From the NCBI GenBank assembly GCA_043732305.1, contig JAYTHU010000170.1, positions 6,374 through 70,373 of the forward strand: 64,000 bases of DNA, in the 5' to 3' direction. Each line of letters starts with the position of its first letter. The first letter of the stretch is position 1. The notes under the pieces were generated by a model that saw only the letters and a program-made list of their open reading frames with translations, had not been told where the DNA came from and made no database searches. This DNA is from Oligoflexia bacterium (GTDB lineage: Bacteria; Bdellovibrionota; Bdellovibrionia; JABDDW01). The translations under genes and the position numbers were made by a program. Shown here one piece after another: positions 38,836 to 48,695 of the stretch.

Positions 38836-40377
38836 AACAAATTAAAAGCCCGACTTAAAAAATCAGCGGTGGCACTAGTTCTATATGTAGTGATTCCGTT
38901 TGCTGTGCTCTTCAACGTTTATTATATTGTGGATTCCAATTCAGACAGCATGCGAAGGCTCGCATCCATTGTTAAAAATAATCTTAGTCCAACATTGGTT
39001 TTCCAAACTGAGCAACTTCTGTCAAATCTAAACAGTGTTTTTGGTTCATCAAAAACTGACACTGAAGAAGAAGATGAAGCCCTGCCATTAATCAAAGCCC
39101 AGGCCAATAAAAAAACTCCTGATGGTGCTTTCATCACAGAAAATTTTATTGAGCAAAGGCAAACTGCCGCACCCACATTGACATCCGAATCTATAAACAA
39201 AATCCCACTTGAGTATTTAGATGAAACTTTTGTGAAGGAAGATATTCTTGACGATAAACTCAATCGACTTCCCCAGGATTTCAAAATTGCACCAGAGATG
39301 AAAGATCGGGTTGGATTTTGGCTAGATATCTACACCAAATACACCTCACGGTTTTCTGTTATTCACGACGAAGAAAGACCGTGGATCATTTATAAAGTTG
39401 TAGATGCTCGAGAAATATACAGTCAACCCGGATCTCAGGTCACACTTCATGCGAATGAAATGATATTGATCGCGAGAGAGAAAAAATCTGTAACAGACAC
39501 ACTTAAGAAGCTTTCAAAAAGAAAAAACGCCAAAGACCTCACCGCTGACGAAACAAAATTTGCGAGGCTTCTCGAAAGCACGGTTGGAAAACGCAAAACT
39601 GTATTTTCTAACGCAGAAAAACACATTCGTATTCAAAGAGGGCAAAAAGATTTTTACCGTAACGGAGTTATTGAAAGTTCAAAATATCTAAATGAAATGG
39701 AAGAAATTTTTGCGCATCATGACTTGCCTACGGAACTTGTGAGACTGCCGCTTGTCGAATCAAGTTTCAATGAGGACGCTACCAGTAAAGTTGGAGCAAG
39801 CGGAATTTGGCAATTCATGCCTAGTGTGGGAGCACATTACGTAAAAATGGGCGCAACCATAGACGAAAGAAATTCGCCGATCAAGGCTACGGACGCTGCC
39901 GCAAAACTTCTCCGCAGCAATTTTAAAATGTTAAAGAACTGGCCGCTCGCGATAACAGCCTACAATCACGGCGCCGGCGGCCTAGTGAAAGCTTCTAAAA
40001 ATATTGCCAATCCGACAATGTTTGAAATCATTCAAACTTACAAATCGAAAAGTTTTAGTTTTGCTTCCAAGAACTTCTACTCGGAATTTATGGCGGCACT
40101 TTATGGCGAACGCTATCAAGAGGAAATATTTGGCAGTCTGGTCAAACTTGCGCCATTGGCTGCAGATGAAGTGATTCTTAAGAAAAAAATGCGCTTACGT
40201 GACGTAGCAGAAATTGCGGGCGTGACAATGGAAGAAATAAAACTTCACAATCCTGATTTGAGAAAACATCTTATCAAAGAAAATCCATTCTTGCCCAAAG
40301 GATACACGATCAGACTTCCACTCGGACGCGGCACTTCGCTGGAGCTTTATTACCAACAACAAGCCAAGGCTGGATGA
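38836..40377 (+). CDS. Membrane-bound lytic murein transglycosylase (SLT domain, MltD-like) with C-terminal LysM-like segment
   Basis: LPLVESSFNEDATSKVGASGIWQFMP...AYNHGAGG (SLT catalytic Glu and motifs). C-terminal LRDVAEIAGVTMEEIKLHNPDL...YTIRLP is LysM-like. N-terminal TM/signal. Confidence 0.7.
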   Translation, partial: NKLKARLKKSAVALVLYVVIPFAVLFNVYYIVDSNSDSMRRLASIVKNNLSPTLVFQTEQLLSNLNSVFGSSKTDTEEEDEALPLIKAQANKKTPDGAFITENFIEQRQTAAPTLTSESINKIPLEYLDETFVKEDILDDKLNRLPQDFKIAPEMKDRVGFWLDIYTKYTSRFSVIHDEERPWIIYKVVDAREIYSQPGSQVTLHANEMILIAREKKSVTDTLKKLSKRKNAKDLTADETKFARLLESTVGKRKTVFSNAEKHIRIQRGQKDFYRNGVIESSKYLNEMEEIFAHHDLPTELVRLPLVESSFNEDATSKVGASGIWQFMPSVGAHYVKMGATIDERNSPIKATDAAAKLLRSNFKMLKNWPLAITAYNHGAGGLVKASKNIANPTMFEIIQTYKSKSFSFASKNFYSEFMAALYGERYQEEIFGSLVKLAPLAADEVILKKKMRLRDVAEIAGVTMEEIKLHNPDLRKHLIKENPFLPKGYTIRLPLGRGTSLELYYQQQAKAG

Positions 40378-40383
40378 AGCGAA

Positions 40384-42693
40384 TTAAGGTGTGATTTCGC
40401 CGTTCACGACGTTGAGGATTCCTGCTTCGGATACAAAGACCCGAGAATTAGTCATCTCTCCATCAGCAGTGGATACTAACAGAGTGTGAAGCCCCGGCTT
40501 AAGATTGGTGAGAAGAAAAAGTCCACCTTCCGCCCCAGATTCTGTTTTACCAGCAGCAATATTTCCCGACTCATCAAAGTAGAATATATTTTCGTCCGCT
40601 TGAACTTCGTTGTCGAGAGAGACACGAAAAGTTGTTCCGTCATATTTACCCAAAAGTATTCCGGCAGATTCATATTGTTTAATGTTGTTTTGTGACATCT
40701 GAGCGAGCAACCAAGCTTTTCGATAAACCTGAATGTCGATATCTTTTGCTTCAGATCTTAAAATCGCTTCGCGTGAAACGAAATAGTCAGATCCGGCGTT
40801 GGCATCGAGATAAAGCACTGGATCAGTGGATGCAAGTTTAGCGCTGAAACCTTGAGAGCCACTCTGGAATCCGTTCTTTGTTCCAACCACAGAAATTTGA
40901 GCGGAGACACTTTGACTGAGGCTCACGTCTGAAATTTTGCCGGAGACTTCGAGCCACTTCAAATTAATTTCTGCATAAGAAACAAATCCCGGACTTGCGA
41001 CAACAACAGAACTCGGAAGAACGTGCCCAGGCATTTCTGTGCTCACGACATGAATGCCTTGTTTCACTTTAATAAAAGCGTAGAGGCCATTTGCACTCGT
41101 TGCGTTTAGTTTTTTATCAGGGATACGCCAGTCGTTGAAATAAATCGGACCTACGGCACCTTGCGCACTCAATGAAACCTTCACGCCAGCAAGTGGTTTG
41201 CTTCTTTTATTCACCTGGCCCCAGATCACAGCATAAGTATTGTTCGCCCCGGGCTCACCAGCTAAATCGAAAAGACTTTGCATCATTTTATTTGAAAAAA
41301 GTGGAACGCGTTCTTTGATGGCCGTTTCCGTGACAAGTCTCGTACCCCAATAGTCAGGAGCACCAGCTTCTAAAATGAAACTTGATGAACCACCAAGTCC
41401 TGAAAGTTTATATGCTCCGCGCGGATCTGCTTCATCTCTGGTTTGCGCAGCTCCCATGACCATTGCACCTGGAGCTAGAATTTTCACATTGTCATAACTA
41501 TAGGCGCTAACAATTTCTCCAGTTTTTGCTGAATTGATAGGTGCAAGAGTGATTTTCACGCCATCAGATTTTCTCATTTGGATGCTTAGATCTTCTTTTG
41601 TTGCCCCATTTAAATCAAAATCTCCGCGACCCAAAAGTTTGTGATGAGAATCTTTAAGTGTTGCGATAATTTTCCCGGAATCATACGCGGGAACATTCAC
41701 GCTGTAGAGACCTTGCGTATAATCAACAGTTCCATCTACCGTTTGAGTTCCAGTTTTCCATTGGACTTTCAAATTGTTGATTTCATGAGTGATAGCAAGT
41801 CCTCCGGAAAGTTCGATCTGTCCGTGAATCGTATAACTTCCGCCACTTGGGGCTTTGTCTGCAACTGCGGGACTATCGGACACATCATTTGCTGACATTT
41901 GTTCCAGAACTTGCGCAGCCATGCTCGCTGAACGAATCGTTGGGATTTCCATCATTGATTTTGTTGATAGATTCACTGAGCCAACAGACGCGACTTTATT
42001 AGTATTTCCTCCAGGAATGCCGCTACCCCCGGGAGTTCCGCCACCAATTGAATTGATGAAGGCGCTAGGCAATCTGCTCGAAGTGTAACTCTTGGTCGAA
42101 ATTTGAAGACCTTGAGGTATCACTTCCTCCCCAGATGGCAATCCACGATAGGCATTTGTTACTGACGGGATCAAATGCACTTCGCCGCGCACTGAAATTC
42201 CGGTAGCGGCAATGGTCTGAAAGTTCACTGGACGCACAAGATTCAAAAGCTCTGAAAGCTTTTCGAGCTTCCGATTCTCTAAATTATTCTTTTTGATTTC
42301 AGCCAAAAGCTGCTCAGGAATATTGACCGAAAGTTCTCGCTGCATTCTTTTCTGTTCGAAAGCCTGAAGTTTTACTTTCCTGATCTGCTCTCGAGAAAAA
42401 TTATCAGACACCTTTTTGAGTTCGGGCCAGAAGGATTTTTGACCTGCCAAGAGAACACGAGTATTTTTCCCCAAGGTCATCTCGTTTGCAGGCTCAATAT
42501 TGACCTGTGGAAGTTCTTCATCGGAAATTGCTGCTAAGGGCGGAGAATTTTTTGAGATAGTGATTGTTAGAGAATTGTCTTCGGAGATGTGAACAAAATC
42601 AAAATTCCCCATGGCGGATGGGAATGCCGTAGATATAAATATCCACGAATAAAGCGGCCAAAAAAAAGGCGAATAAAACAGTTTCACACTCAA
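40384..42693 (-). CDS. Large hypothetical secreted protein (769 aa)
   Basis: N-terminal hydrophobic signal. Gly-rich GGGTPGGSGIPGGN stretch. Beta-rich C-terminal half. No family recognised. Confidence 0.5.
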   Translation of the reverse strand: MSVKLFYSPFFWPLYSWIFISTAFPSAMGNFDFVHISEDNSLTITISKNSPPLAAISDEELPQVNIEPANEMTLGKNTRVLLAGQKSFWPELKKVSDNFSREQIRKVKLQAFEQKRMQRELSVNIPEQLLAEIKKNNLENRKLEKLSELLNLVRPVNFQTIAATGISVRGEVHLIPSVTNAYRGLPSGEEVIPQGLQISTKSYTSSRLPSAFINSIGGGTPGGSGIPGGNTNKVASVGSVNLSTKSMMEIPTIRSASMAAQVLEQMSANDVSDSPAVADKAPSGGSYTIHGQIELSGGLAITHEINNLKVQWKTGTQTVDGTVDYTQGLYSVNVPAYDSGKIIATLKDSHHKLLGRGDFDLNGATKEDLSIQMRKSDGVKITLAPINSAKTGEIVSAYSYDNVKILAPGAMVMGAAQTRDEADPRGAYKLSGLGGSSSFILEAGAPDYWGTRLVTETAIKERVPLFSNKMMQSLFDLAGEPGANNTYAVIWGQVNKRSKPLAGVKVSLSAQGAVGPIYFNDWRIPDKKLNATSANGLYAFIKVKQGIHVVSTEMPGHVLPSSVVVASPGFVSYAEINLKWLEVSGKISDVSLSQSVSAQISVVGTKNGFQSGSQGFSAKLASTDPVLYLDANAGSDYFVSREAILRSEAKDIDIQVYRKAWLLAQMSQNNIKQYESAGILLGKYDGTTFRVSLDNEVQADENIFYFDESGNIAAGKTESGAEGGLFLLTNLKPGLHTLLVSTADGEMTNSRVFVSEAGILNVVNGEITP

Positions 42694-42720
42694 ACCTTCC
42701 GTAGTTTGTGCATATCTTTG

Positions 42721-42740
42721 CCTACTATTTAAATAGTGGG
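42721..42740. promoter_or_regulatory. 20-bp near-perfect palindrome (candidate operator) upstream of the 769 aa secreted-protein gene
   Basis: CCTACTATTT|AAATAGTGGG (9/10 symmetric), located 28-47 nt upstream of the minus-strand start at 42693. Confidence 0.3.
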
Positions 42741-42767
42741 CAGATTGAATACTCTTCTATTATTTTC

Positions 42768-43262
42768 CTAGAATGAACGGAAATCGTCAATGAAGTTATT
42801 CGACTTTTCCCGCTTCTCTAAAATGGAAGTGATGCTGTTGAGTAGTCGAGTGGCTAGTCGTTTGTCATAGTGATCAAATGAATAGTCACTGTCCCTAAGT
42901 TCAGATTGAGGTTTCTTTGCCGTGCTCCGTTCAATAGAGACTTGCACATCAAAAGTGTACGGGCGGCTTTCTCCGTAAACAGTAACTTTGGCTAGTCCCC
43001 TATCACGAAGTCCAGATTTTATAACAGATGGGTCTTGCTTCACCAAAAAAGGCCGAGAAATGATATCTCGGTGATTTTCACTGTAACTGAGAACACCCAT
43101 GCTCAGGGCTTTTTCGATCGCAGAATAAACAGAAGTGAGTGGATAATTTTGTTCAGTAGAAGTTACCGTAGATGAGCAACCACTTAAAGCGAAAACGGCA
43201 AGTATGAAAATACTTGCCGTCGACACTAAATTAAAATTTCTGAAATTTAAAAAATTAGGCAT
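42768..43262 (-). CDS. Hypothetical lipoprotein
   Basis: [31 protein letters not shown] is a lipobox LSGC. Confidence 0.5.
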   Translation of the reverse strand: MPNFLNFRNFNLVSTASIFILAVFALSGCSSTVTSTEQNYPLTSVYSAIEKALSMGVLSYSENHRDIISRPFLVKQDPSVIKSGLRDRGLAKVTVYGESRPYTFDVQVSIERSTAKKPQSELRDSDYSFDHYDKRLATRLLNSITSILEKREKSNNFIDDFRSF

Positions 43263-43920
43263 TCGTTTGAGGCTGTTGCTTCGAAACTTTTTCCCAGTCT
43301 TTCAAAAATGCAGCGATACCTTTATCAGTCAAAGGATGACTTGCAAGACTTCGCGCTACACTGATAGGCATGGTTGCGATATCTGCACCAACCATTGCTG
43401 AATCAAGAACGTGAATAGGATTACGCACACTTGCCACAATGATTTCCGTTGAATACTCATAGTTGTCAAAAATAGTGCGGATCTGACTAATCAAATCCAT
43501 TCCAACTGATCCAATATCATCAAGTCTGCCAACGAAAGGGCTGACATAGCTTGCGCCCGCTTTTGCACAAAGCAAAGCTTGGAGCGGACTAAAAATTAAA
43601 GTGACATTGGTTTTGATTTTCTCAGCTGCGAAACGTTTCACGGCTTTGAGACCTTCGATGCCCATGGGAATTTTAACAATCACGTTATCTGCAAGCTTGG
43701 CGAGCTCTCGGCCCTCTTCATACATTTTTCCAGCTTCGAGGCTAACAACTTCAGCAGAAACAGGTCCACTTACTTCTTTGCAGATCTCTTTGATCACTTC
43801 TTTGAAGTCACGACCGCTTTTCACGATCAGAGTAGGGTTAGTCGTTACACCGTCACATAGGCCTAAGGATAAACCTTCGCGAATGTCACTCATCTCTGCG
43901 CTATCAACATAAAATTTCAT
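43255..43920 (-). CDS. tal: Transaldolase (short type 3B / fructose-6-phosphate aldolase family)
   Basis: [36 protein letters not shown]...[11 protein letters not shown]...TNVTLIFS (Schiff-base Lys region). Confidence 0.85.
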   Translation of the reverse strand: MKFYVDSAEMSDIREGLSLGLCDGVTTNPTLIVKSGRDFKEVIKEICKEVSGPVSAEVVSLEAGKMYEEGRELAKLADNVIVKIPMGIEGLKAVKRFAAEKIKTNVTLIFSPLQALLCAKAGASYVSPFVGRLDDIGSVGMDLISQIRTIFDNYEYSTEIIVASVRNPIHVLDSAMVGADIATMPISVARSLASHPLTDKGIAAFLKDWEKVSKQQPQTNA

Positions 43921-44005
43921 ATTACTTGCCTCCGGTCATTACAGATAGACTTGGTGCGCTTAAAAATCAAGCTCAATCCAGATTCCGGTCGAGATACATA
44001 GGCGA

Positions 44006-45193
44006 CTATGCTCTCGAGCGAGGATTGTTCATTGCAAGAGTGATTCTCTCCATCGCCACTTTCATTCGTTCGATGGGGATAGTCATAGCGAATCGCACAT
44101 AACCTTGTCCCTCAGGGCCGAAACCAGTACCAGGGGTGACAATGACTCCGGCTTCTTTAATAAGAAATTCCGTGAAGCTTTCAGAGTTAAAGCCCGCAGG
44201 GACTTTGCTCCAAATATAGAAACTTGCTTCAGGCACTTTAAATTGAAACTTCAATTTTTTCAGTTCAGCGCAAAGATAATCTCGACGAGCTTGATACTGC
44301 TCACGCATATTGTCGCAATCTTTCCAACAGTCTTCCAATGCGACAATGCCCGCTTCTTGAATAGCTTGATAAACTCCGGAATCAATGTTGGTTTTGATTT
44401 TTGCTAGACCTTCAATGACTTTTTTATTACCTACAACAAAACCGATGCGGAATCCGGCCATGTTGAAAGTTTTAGAAAAAGAATGAAATTCAATTCCTAA
44501 GTTCTCTTTAGCACCTTTAGCTTGAAGAAAACTTGGAGGGCGTTTGCCGTCGTAATAAATTTCTGAATAAGCATTGTCATGACAAACAATGAGCTCACGT
44601 TTTTTTGCAAAATCAGCCACATAATCAAAAAAACTTGTGTCGACAATGGCGGAGGTTGGGTTGCACGGGAAATTTAAAAAAAGCATTTTTGATTTATCGA
44701 GCGCTTTTCTATCAATCATTTCCAGATCGGGAAGAAAATCTTTCTCCTCCCGCTGAGGAACAAAAATAGGAACTCCACCTGCGATAATTGTGGCTGTCTG
44801 ATAAACAGGGTAACCAGGAGAAGGCACAAGAACTCCATCACCGGGATTTATAAATGCTTGTGGAATATGCGCAAGACCTTCTTTGGAACCTGAAAGAACC
44901 AGAACTTCTGAGTGAGGATCAAGCAATACGCCAAATCTGGCGTCATACCACTGAGCAATTGCTTTTCTCAGCTCAATCATTCCTGGATATGAAGGATAGT
45001 ATGAGCTTTCAGGTTTGAGGCTTGCTTCATGAAGTTTTCTGAGCACACGCTCAGGGGTTGGAAGATCGGGATCTCCTACACCAAAACTTATGACGTCGAC
45101 TCCTTGAGAAGTTTTTTCTCTTTTCATCTCGTCTATCTTTGCAAAAACATAAGGCGGTAATTTTCGAACTCGTTCAGCGTATTCCATTTGCAC
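44006..45193 (-). CDS. Class I/II (AspC-fold) PLP aminotransferase; by operon context probably a diaminopimelate-pathway aminotransferase (DapL/DapC-like)
   Basis: KLPPYVFAKIDEMK...VISFGVGDPDLPTP...NPGDGVLVPSPGYPVY...SFSKTFNMAGFRIGF (PLP Lys in SFSK). Last gene of the dapF-dapA-dapB cluster. Confidence 0.6.
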   Translation of the reverse strand: MQMEYAERVRKLPPYVFAKIDEMKREKTSQGVDVISFGVGDPDLPTPERVLRKLHEASLKPESSYYPSYPGMIELRKAIAQWYDARFGVLLDPHSEVLVLSGSKEGLAHIPQAFINPGDGVLVPSPGYPVYQTATIIAGGVPIFVPQREEKDFLPDLEMIDRKALDKSKMLFLNFPCNPTSAIVDTSFFDYVADFAKKRELIVCHDNAYSEIYYDGKRPPSFLQAKGAKENLGIEFHSFSKTFNMAGFRIGFVVGNKKVIEGLAKIKTNIDSGVYQAIQEAGIVALEDCWKDCDNMREQYQARRDYLCAELKKLKFQFKVPEASFYIWSKVPAGFNSESFTEFLIKEAGVIVTPGTGFGPEGQGYVRFAMTIPIERMKVAMERITLAMNNPRSRA

Positions 45194-45907
45194 TCACTTT
45201 TTAAGAAGGTCTTTCATAGAGTAGAGCCCAGCTTTTTGTTTAAGAATCCACCGGCTTGCAGCCAACGCACCTTCAGCAAAAAGGGCGCGTCCTTGAGCGT
45301 GATGTTCAAAACTCACCCATTCTCCTCCACCGAAAAAATAGACTTTATGTATACCGTAAACTTCTCCGCCGCGCAAACTAACGGGAGAAGAAACTTTTTG
45401 ATTCGATTTTTTAACTTCTTCGACGGCATCTTTTAAGAAAATAGCCGTTCCACTGGGCTTGTCTTTTTTATCTTTATGGTGAATCTCTTCAATTTCAATT
45501 TCGCAAGATCCGTAAGCTTTCAAAAAAGCTTGCATCGCCTCACGCATAGCATTCACACCCAAACTCATATTTGGGCTCATGAAGATAGGAATCTTCTTAG
45601 ATGCTTTTTCAATCAGATTAAAATTTTTGAGTTTAAATCCAGTCGTTCCAATTACGATGGCTTTTTTCTTTTTCACGCACCAATCGACGATTTCCATCGT
45701 TCCTGCGGGACTAGAAAAATCAATGACCACATCGGGCTTTCTTTGCTCTAAAGAAACTAGGCGAGTGTATGTTTCGAACTCGCCAACGCTGATTTTTTGA
45801 TCTAGCCCGGCGCAAATTGTGAACTCACCTTTTTGCTTTGCCAATAGAGCGATCTCTCGTCCCATTCTGCCACTGGCTCCGCTCAATGCAACTCTGATCA
45901 CTTTCAT
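45194..45907 (-). CDS. dapB: 4-hydroxy-tetrahydrodipicolinate reductase
   Basis: MKVIRVALSGASGRMGREIALL (Rossmann GxxGxxG) plus EIEEIHHKDKKDKPSGTA (the E(L)HHxxKxDAPSGTA-type box). Confidence 0.85.
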   Translation of the reverse strand: MKVIRVALSGASGRMGREIALLAKQKGEFTICAGLDQKISVGEFETYTRLVSLEQRKPDVVIDFSSPAGTMEIVDWCVKKKKAIVIGTTGFKLKNFNLIEKASKKIPIFMSPNMSLGVNAMREAMQAFLKAYGSCEIEIEEIHHKDKKDKPSGTAIFLKDAVEEVKKSNQKVSSPVSLRGGEVYGIHKVYFFGGGEWVSFEHHAQGRALFAEGALAASRWILKQKAGLYSMKDLLKK

Positions 45908-46761
45908 AAAACTCCTGTTTGTTTTAAAACTTGCTTGGTTTTTTTCTTTAAATTTTCATCGAAAGGCACGAGCGGCAAGCGTAATTCATCACTCTTGATA
46001 ATGCCCATTTCTTTCAGCGCCCACTTTACAGGGATGGGATTAGACTCAGAGAATAATGCATGAGAAATAAGCTTTATTTTTTCAATGTCTTTGTCCGTCG
46101 CGTAGAGACACAGCCGAGGAACCACGTGAGAAATCACGCTAATGACACCGTGGGCACCAGCATTCATGGCGGACACAAATGTTTCATCGTCACCAGAGAG
46201 TATCGAAAAGCTTTTGGGCAGCACTTTGACCAAATCTTTAATGATGCTTAGATCACCGGTTGCTTCTTTAATGCCTACGATATTTTTTATTTTAGAAAGT
46301 TGCAGAACCGTCGAAACTTTTAAAGGCGTGACCGTACGCGAAGGAACGTTGTAAACAATGACTGGTTTCTTAGTGCTCTGAGCAATGATCTTGAAATGCT
46401 CAATGAGCCCACGCTGTGGAGGCTTATTGTAATAAGGAGTTACTATTAAAAATCCTGATACTTTTGTTTTAGAAAAAAGCTTTGTCAGTGCCACGCTTTC
46501 CAAAGTGTTATTGGTCCCACTTCCCATGATCACGGGAACTTCGCCGGAAACTTCAGAAAGTACAAAATTCAAAAGTTTTGATTTTTCCTTAACTGTCAAA
46601 GTGGCGGCTTCACCTGTGGAGCCTGAAACAACTAAACCTTGAATGCCCGCGTCTATCTGATGCTTGATAAGATTGCGCAAAGATTTAAAATCGATTTTGC
46701 CGCGATAAAAAGGGGTGACAAGTGCGGTGCTCACGCCTTTAAAGAAAATTTCTTTCTTCAT
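45904..46761 (-). CDS. dapA: 4-hydroxy-tetrahydrodipicolinate synthase
   Basis: GVSTALVTPF...GLVVSGSTGEAATLT...VIMGSGTNNT...YNVP, with the catalytic Lys region. Confidence 0.85.
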   Translation of the reverse strand: MKKEIFFKGVSTALVTPFYRGKIDFKSLRNLIKHQIDAGIQGLVVSGSTGEAATLTVKEKSKLLNFVLSEVSGEVPVIMGSGTNNTLESVALTKLFSKTKVSGFLIVTPYYNKPPQRGLIEHFKIIAQSTKKPVIVYNVPSRTVTPLKVSTVLQLSKIKNIVGIKEATGDLSIIKDLVKVLPKSFSILSGDDETFVSAMNAGAHGVISVISHVVPRLCLYATDKDIEKIKLISHALFSESNPIPVKWALKEMGIIKSDELRLPLVPFDENLKKKTKQVLKQTGVL

Positions 46762-47591
46762 ACGCGCACCTTTAGAATCTCGGGATGCAGCTCACCAGAG
46801 CAAACATATTCCGCAGGCCCTTTAAGTTTTGCCCAAGAGAAATTATCTCCAAAGGTCACGCACAAAAGTCCGCCAGGCATCATCACTTCGATAGGTGAAG
46901 CTTCTCCCATGACCACCGCTTGTGCCGCAGCCGCAACGGCTCCAGTTCCACATGCCAAGGTCACACCTTCGACACCACGTTCATAAGTAGCCGCCTGAAC
47001 TTTAGATTTGTCGATGATTTCAAAAAATGTAGCATTGGCTCCATTAGTTTTTTTAAAAAAATCATGATTGCGTAAATATTCACCCATTTCATTCAAGTAC
47101 TCATTGCTCCAGTCATCAGTTTGCTTGACGACATGAGGAACTCCGGTGTCCCAGTAACCCACTTGAACTTTAATATGTTCGCCAACCGGGACATCTAAAG
47201 ATTTGAACATCATCTTTGGTTTGGTCATTTGTACTTCAACCGTACTGTCATCATTTTGACCGGAGAGAGAAGCACTGACAATTCCCGCGATTGTTTCAAA
47301 CTTCATTTCACGACCAGCGATTTTATTATCAAAAGCATAGCGAGCCACACATCTTGAGCCGTTACCGCACATTTCCGCCACGCTTCCGTCAGCGTTATAA
47401 AAATCCCATTTGAAATCATTTTCCTTGTTTGCGGGAGCTTCAATAAAAAACAGCCCATCTGCGCCAATGCCGAAGTGCCGGTGACAAACTTTGATCGCAA
47501 AACTCACGCGATCCAAAGTAGGAAAGAAATTTTCTCGCGCGTCGATAATAATAAAATCATTTCCTGCGCCCGTCATTTTTGTAAAACGCAT
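46758..47591 (-). CDS. dapF: Diaminopimelate epimerase
   Basis: MRFTKMTGAGNDFIIID...MCGNGSRC...second Cys motif GTGAVAAA. Start set to the MRF... Met immediately after the upstream lipoprotein stop. The ORF-track ORF extends to 47639. Confidence 0.8.
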   Translation of the reverse strand: MRFTKMTGAGNDFIIIDARENFFPTLDRVSFAIKVCHRHFGIGADGLFFIEAPANKENDFKWDFYNADGSVAEMCGNGSRCVARYAFDNKIAGREMKFETIAGIVSASLSGQNDDSTVEVQMTKPKMMFKSLDVPVGEHIKVQVGYWDTGVPHVVKQTDDWSNEYLNEMGEYLRNHDFFKKTNGANATFFEIIDKSKVQAATYERGVEGVTLACGTGAVAAAAQAVVMGEASPIEVMMPGGLLCVTFGDNFSWAKLKGPAEYVCSGELHPEILKVRV

Positions 47592-47592
47592 A

Positions 47593-47853
47593 TTAGTCTT
47601 CATCGTTTTGGCCATTCGTGGAATTGACAGGTTGGTCACGTTTTGATTTCTTGGCTTTTGAATTTACAGGCGCTTCGGGTTTTATTTCCGGATCGCCTTC
47701 ACCTTCTCCTGTTTGAGGAGTGTAAAGAGGTCGGCCATGTCCAATGTCATCGGGACTAGCAGGAGGCTGAGGATCATTTTTGACCCCACAACTAACTACA
47801 AGCGATGAAACTACAATTAAAACGAATGAGAAAATTAGGTTTTTTATTTTCAT
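47593..47853 (-). CDS. Small hypothetical lipoprotein (~86 aa), Pro/Gly/acidic-rich
   Basis: MKIKNLIFSFVLIVVSSLVVSCG is a lipobox. The rest is low-complexity. Confidence 0.4.
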   Translation of the reverse strand: MKIKNLIFSFVLIVVSSLVVSCGVKNDPQPPASPDDIGHGRPLYTPQTGEGEGDPEIKPEAPVNSKAKKSKRDQPVNSTNGQNDED

Positions 47854-48650
47854 AGAATTTTTTCTTTCGCCCGACTGCATAGGGAGGGGTCTCGAAGATT
47901 TATTTTTTTAGTCTTACATAACTCGTTGTATTTCAATATAAGTTTCTGGTCATCGAGAGATGAGGCCTGTAATTCGTTCATGTAATAATAAGCTTCCGCA
48001 TAACTCTTATCTTTGCCAATGGAAGTGTCAAAATTTTTCTTCGCTTCGTCTAATTTTCCCAATTTCATTGCCGCTATTCCTCTAAAATAATAATCGAGAG
48101 CATTAGCCGAGCCAGAAGAGACCATCGCATCTGCTGTAACAAGTGCTTCGGCCCACGAGTCGGAAGCAATTTCTAAAGCAAGCTTGTCTCGTGAGAGTTC
48201 GTCATCGAGCGGATTGATTTGCAAGGCCCGAACATTTGCCTCAACGGCCAACTTTATTTTTTTAGTCCAAAACAAAGCCAGACTCAGATTGTGAAGAACC
48301 TCTGTGTTGCTTTTTTCAGTCTCATCGGCTTCCGTGAATTTATCCACAGCCTCCTGATATTTTTCTTTTTCTAGAAAATCTTTCCCAACTAAAAAATTTT
48401 GGAAACCTTTGTCCGAGTAATAGTTTTTTGAAAAATAAAAAAGGCGCTCTTTGAGGAATGCCGCATCCGCACCTTTAGATTTTCGATGAGCTTCGAAAAG
48501 AGTGTAACAAGCAAGAAGGCGATCTTGCACCAGGGTTGAATTTTCGGCTTTTTTAACTGCCTGTGAAGCTTTAGAGGACTGCCCTTGCGAAGCAGCCGGA
48601 GGGGTAAAGAGTAAGAATAAAATGATAAACGAAACCACTAAAGCATTCAT
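47850..48650 (-). CDS. Secreted TPR-repeat protein
   Basis: Signal peptide MNALVVSFIILFLLFTPPAAS. Several TPR-like helical pairs (AEAYYYMNELQASS...). Confidence 0.55.
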   Translation of the reverse strand: MNALVVSFIILFLLFTPPAASQGQSSKASQAVKKAENSTLVQDRLLACYTLFEAHRKSKGADAAFLKERLFYFSKNYYSDKGFQNFLVGKDFLEKEKYQEAVDKFTEADETEKSNTEVLHNLSLALFWTKKIKLAVEANVRALQINPLDDELSRDKLALEIASDSWAEALVTADAMVSSGSANALDYYFRGIAAMKLGKLDEAKKNFDTSIGKDKSYAEAYYYMNELQASSLDDQKLILKYNELCKTKKINLRDPSLCSRAKEKIL

Positions 48651-48695
48651 GTTTAACCTCAACATTGAAAGATTTGGCGATTTTAAATTTGAAAC

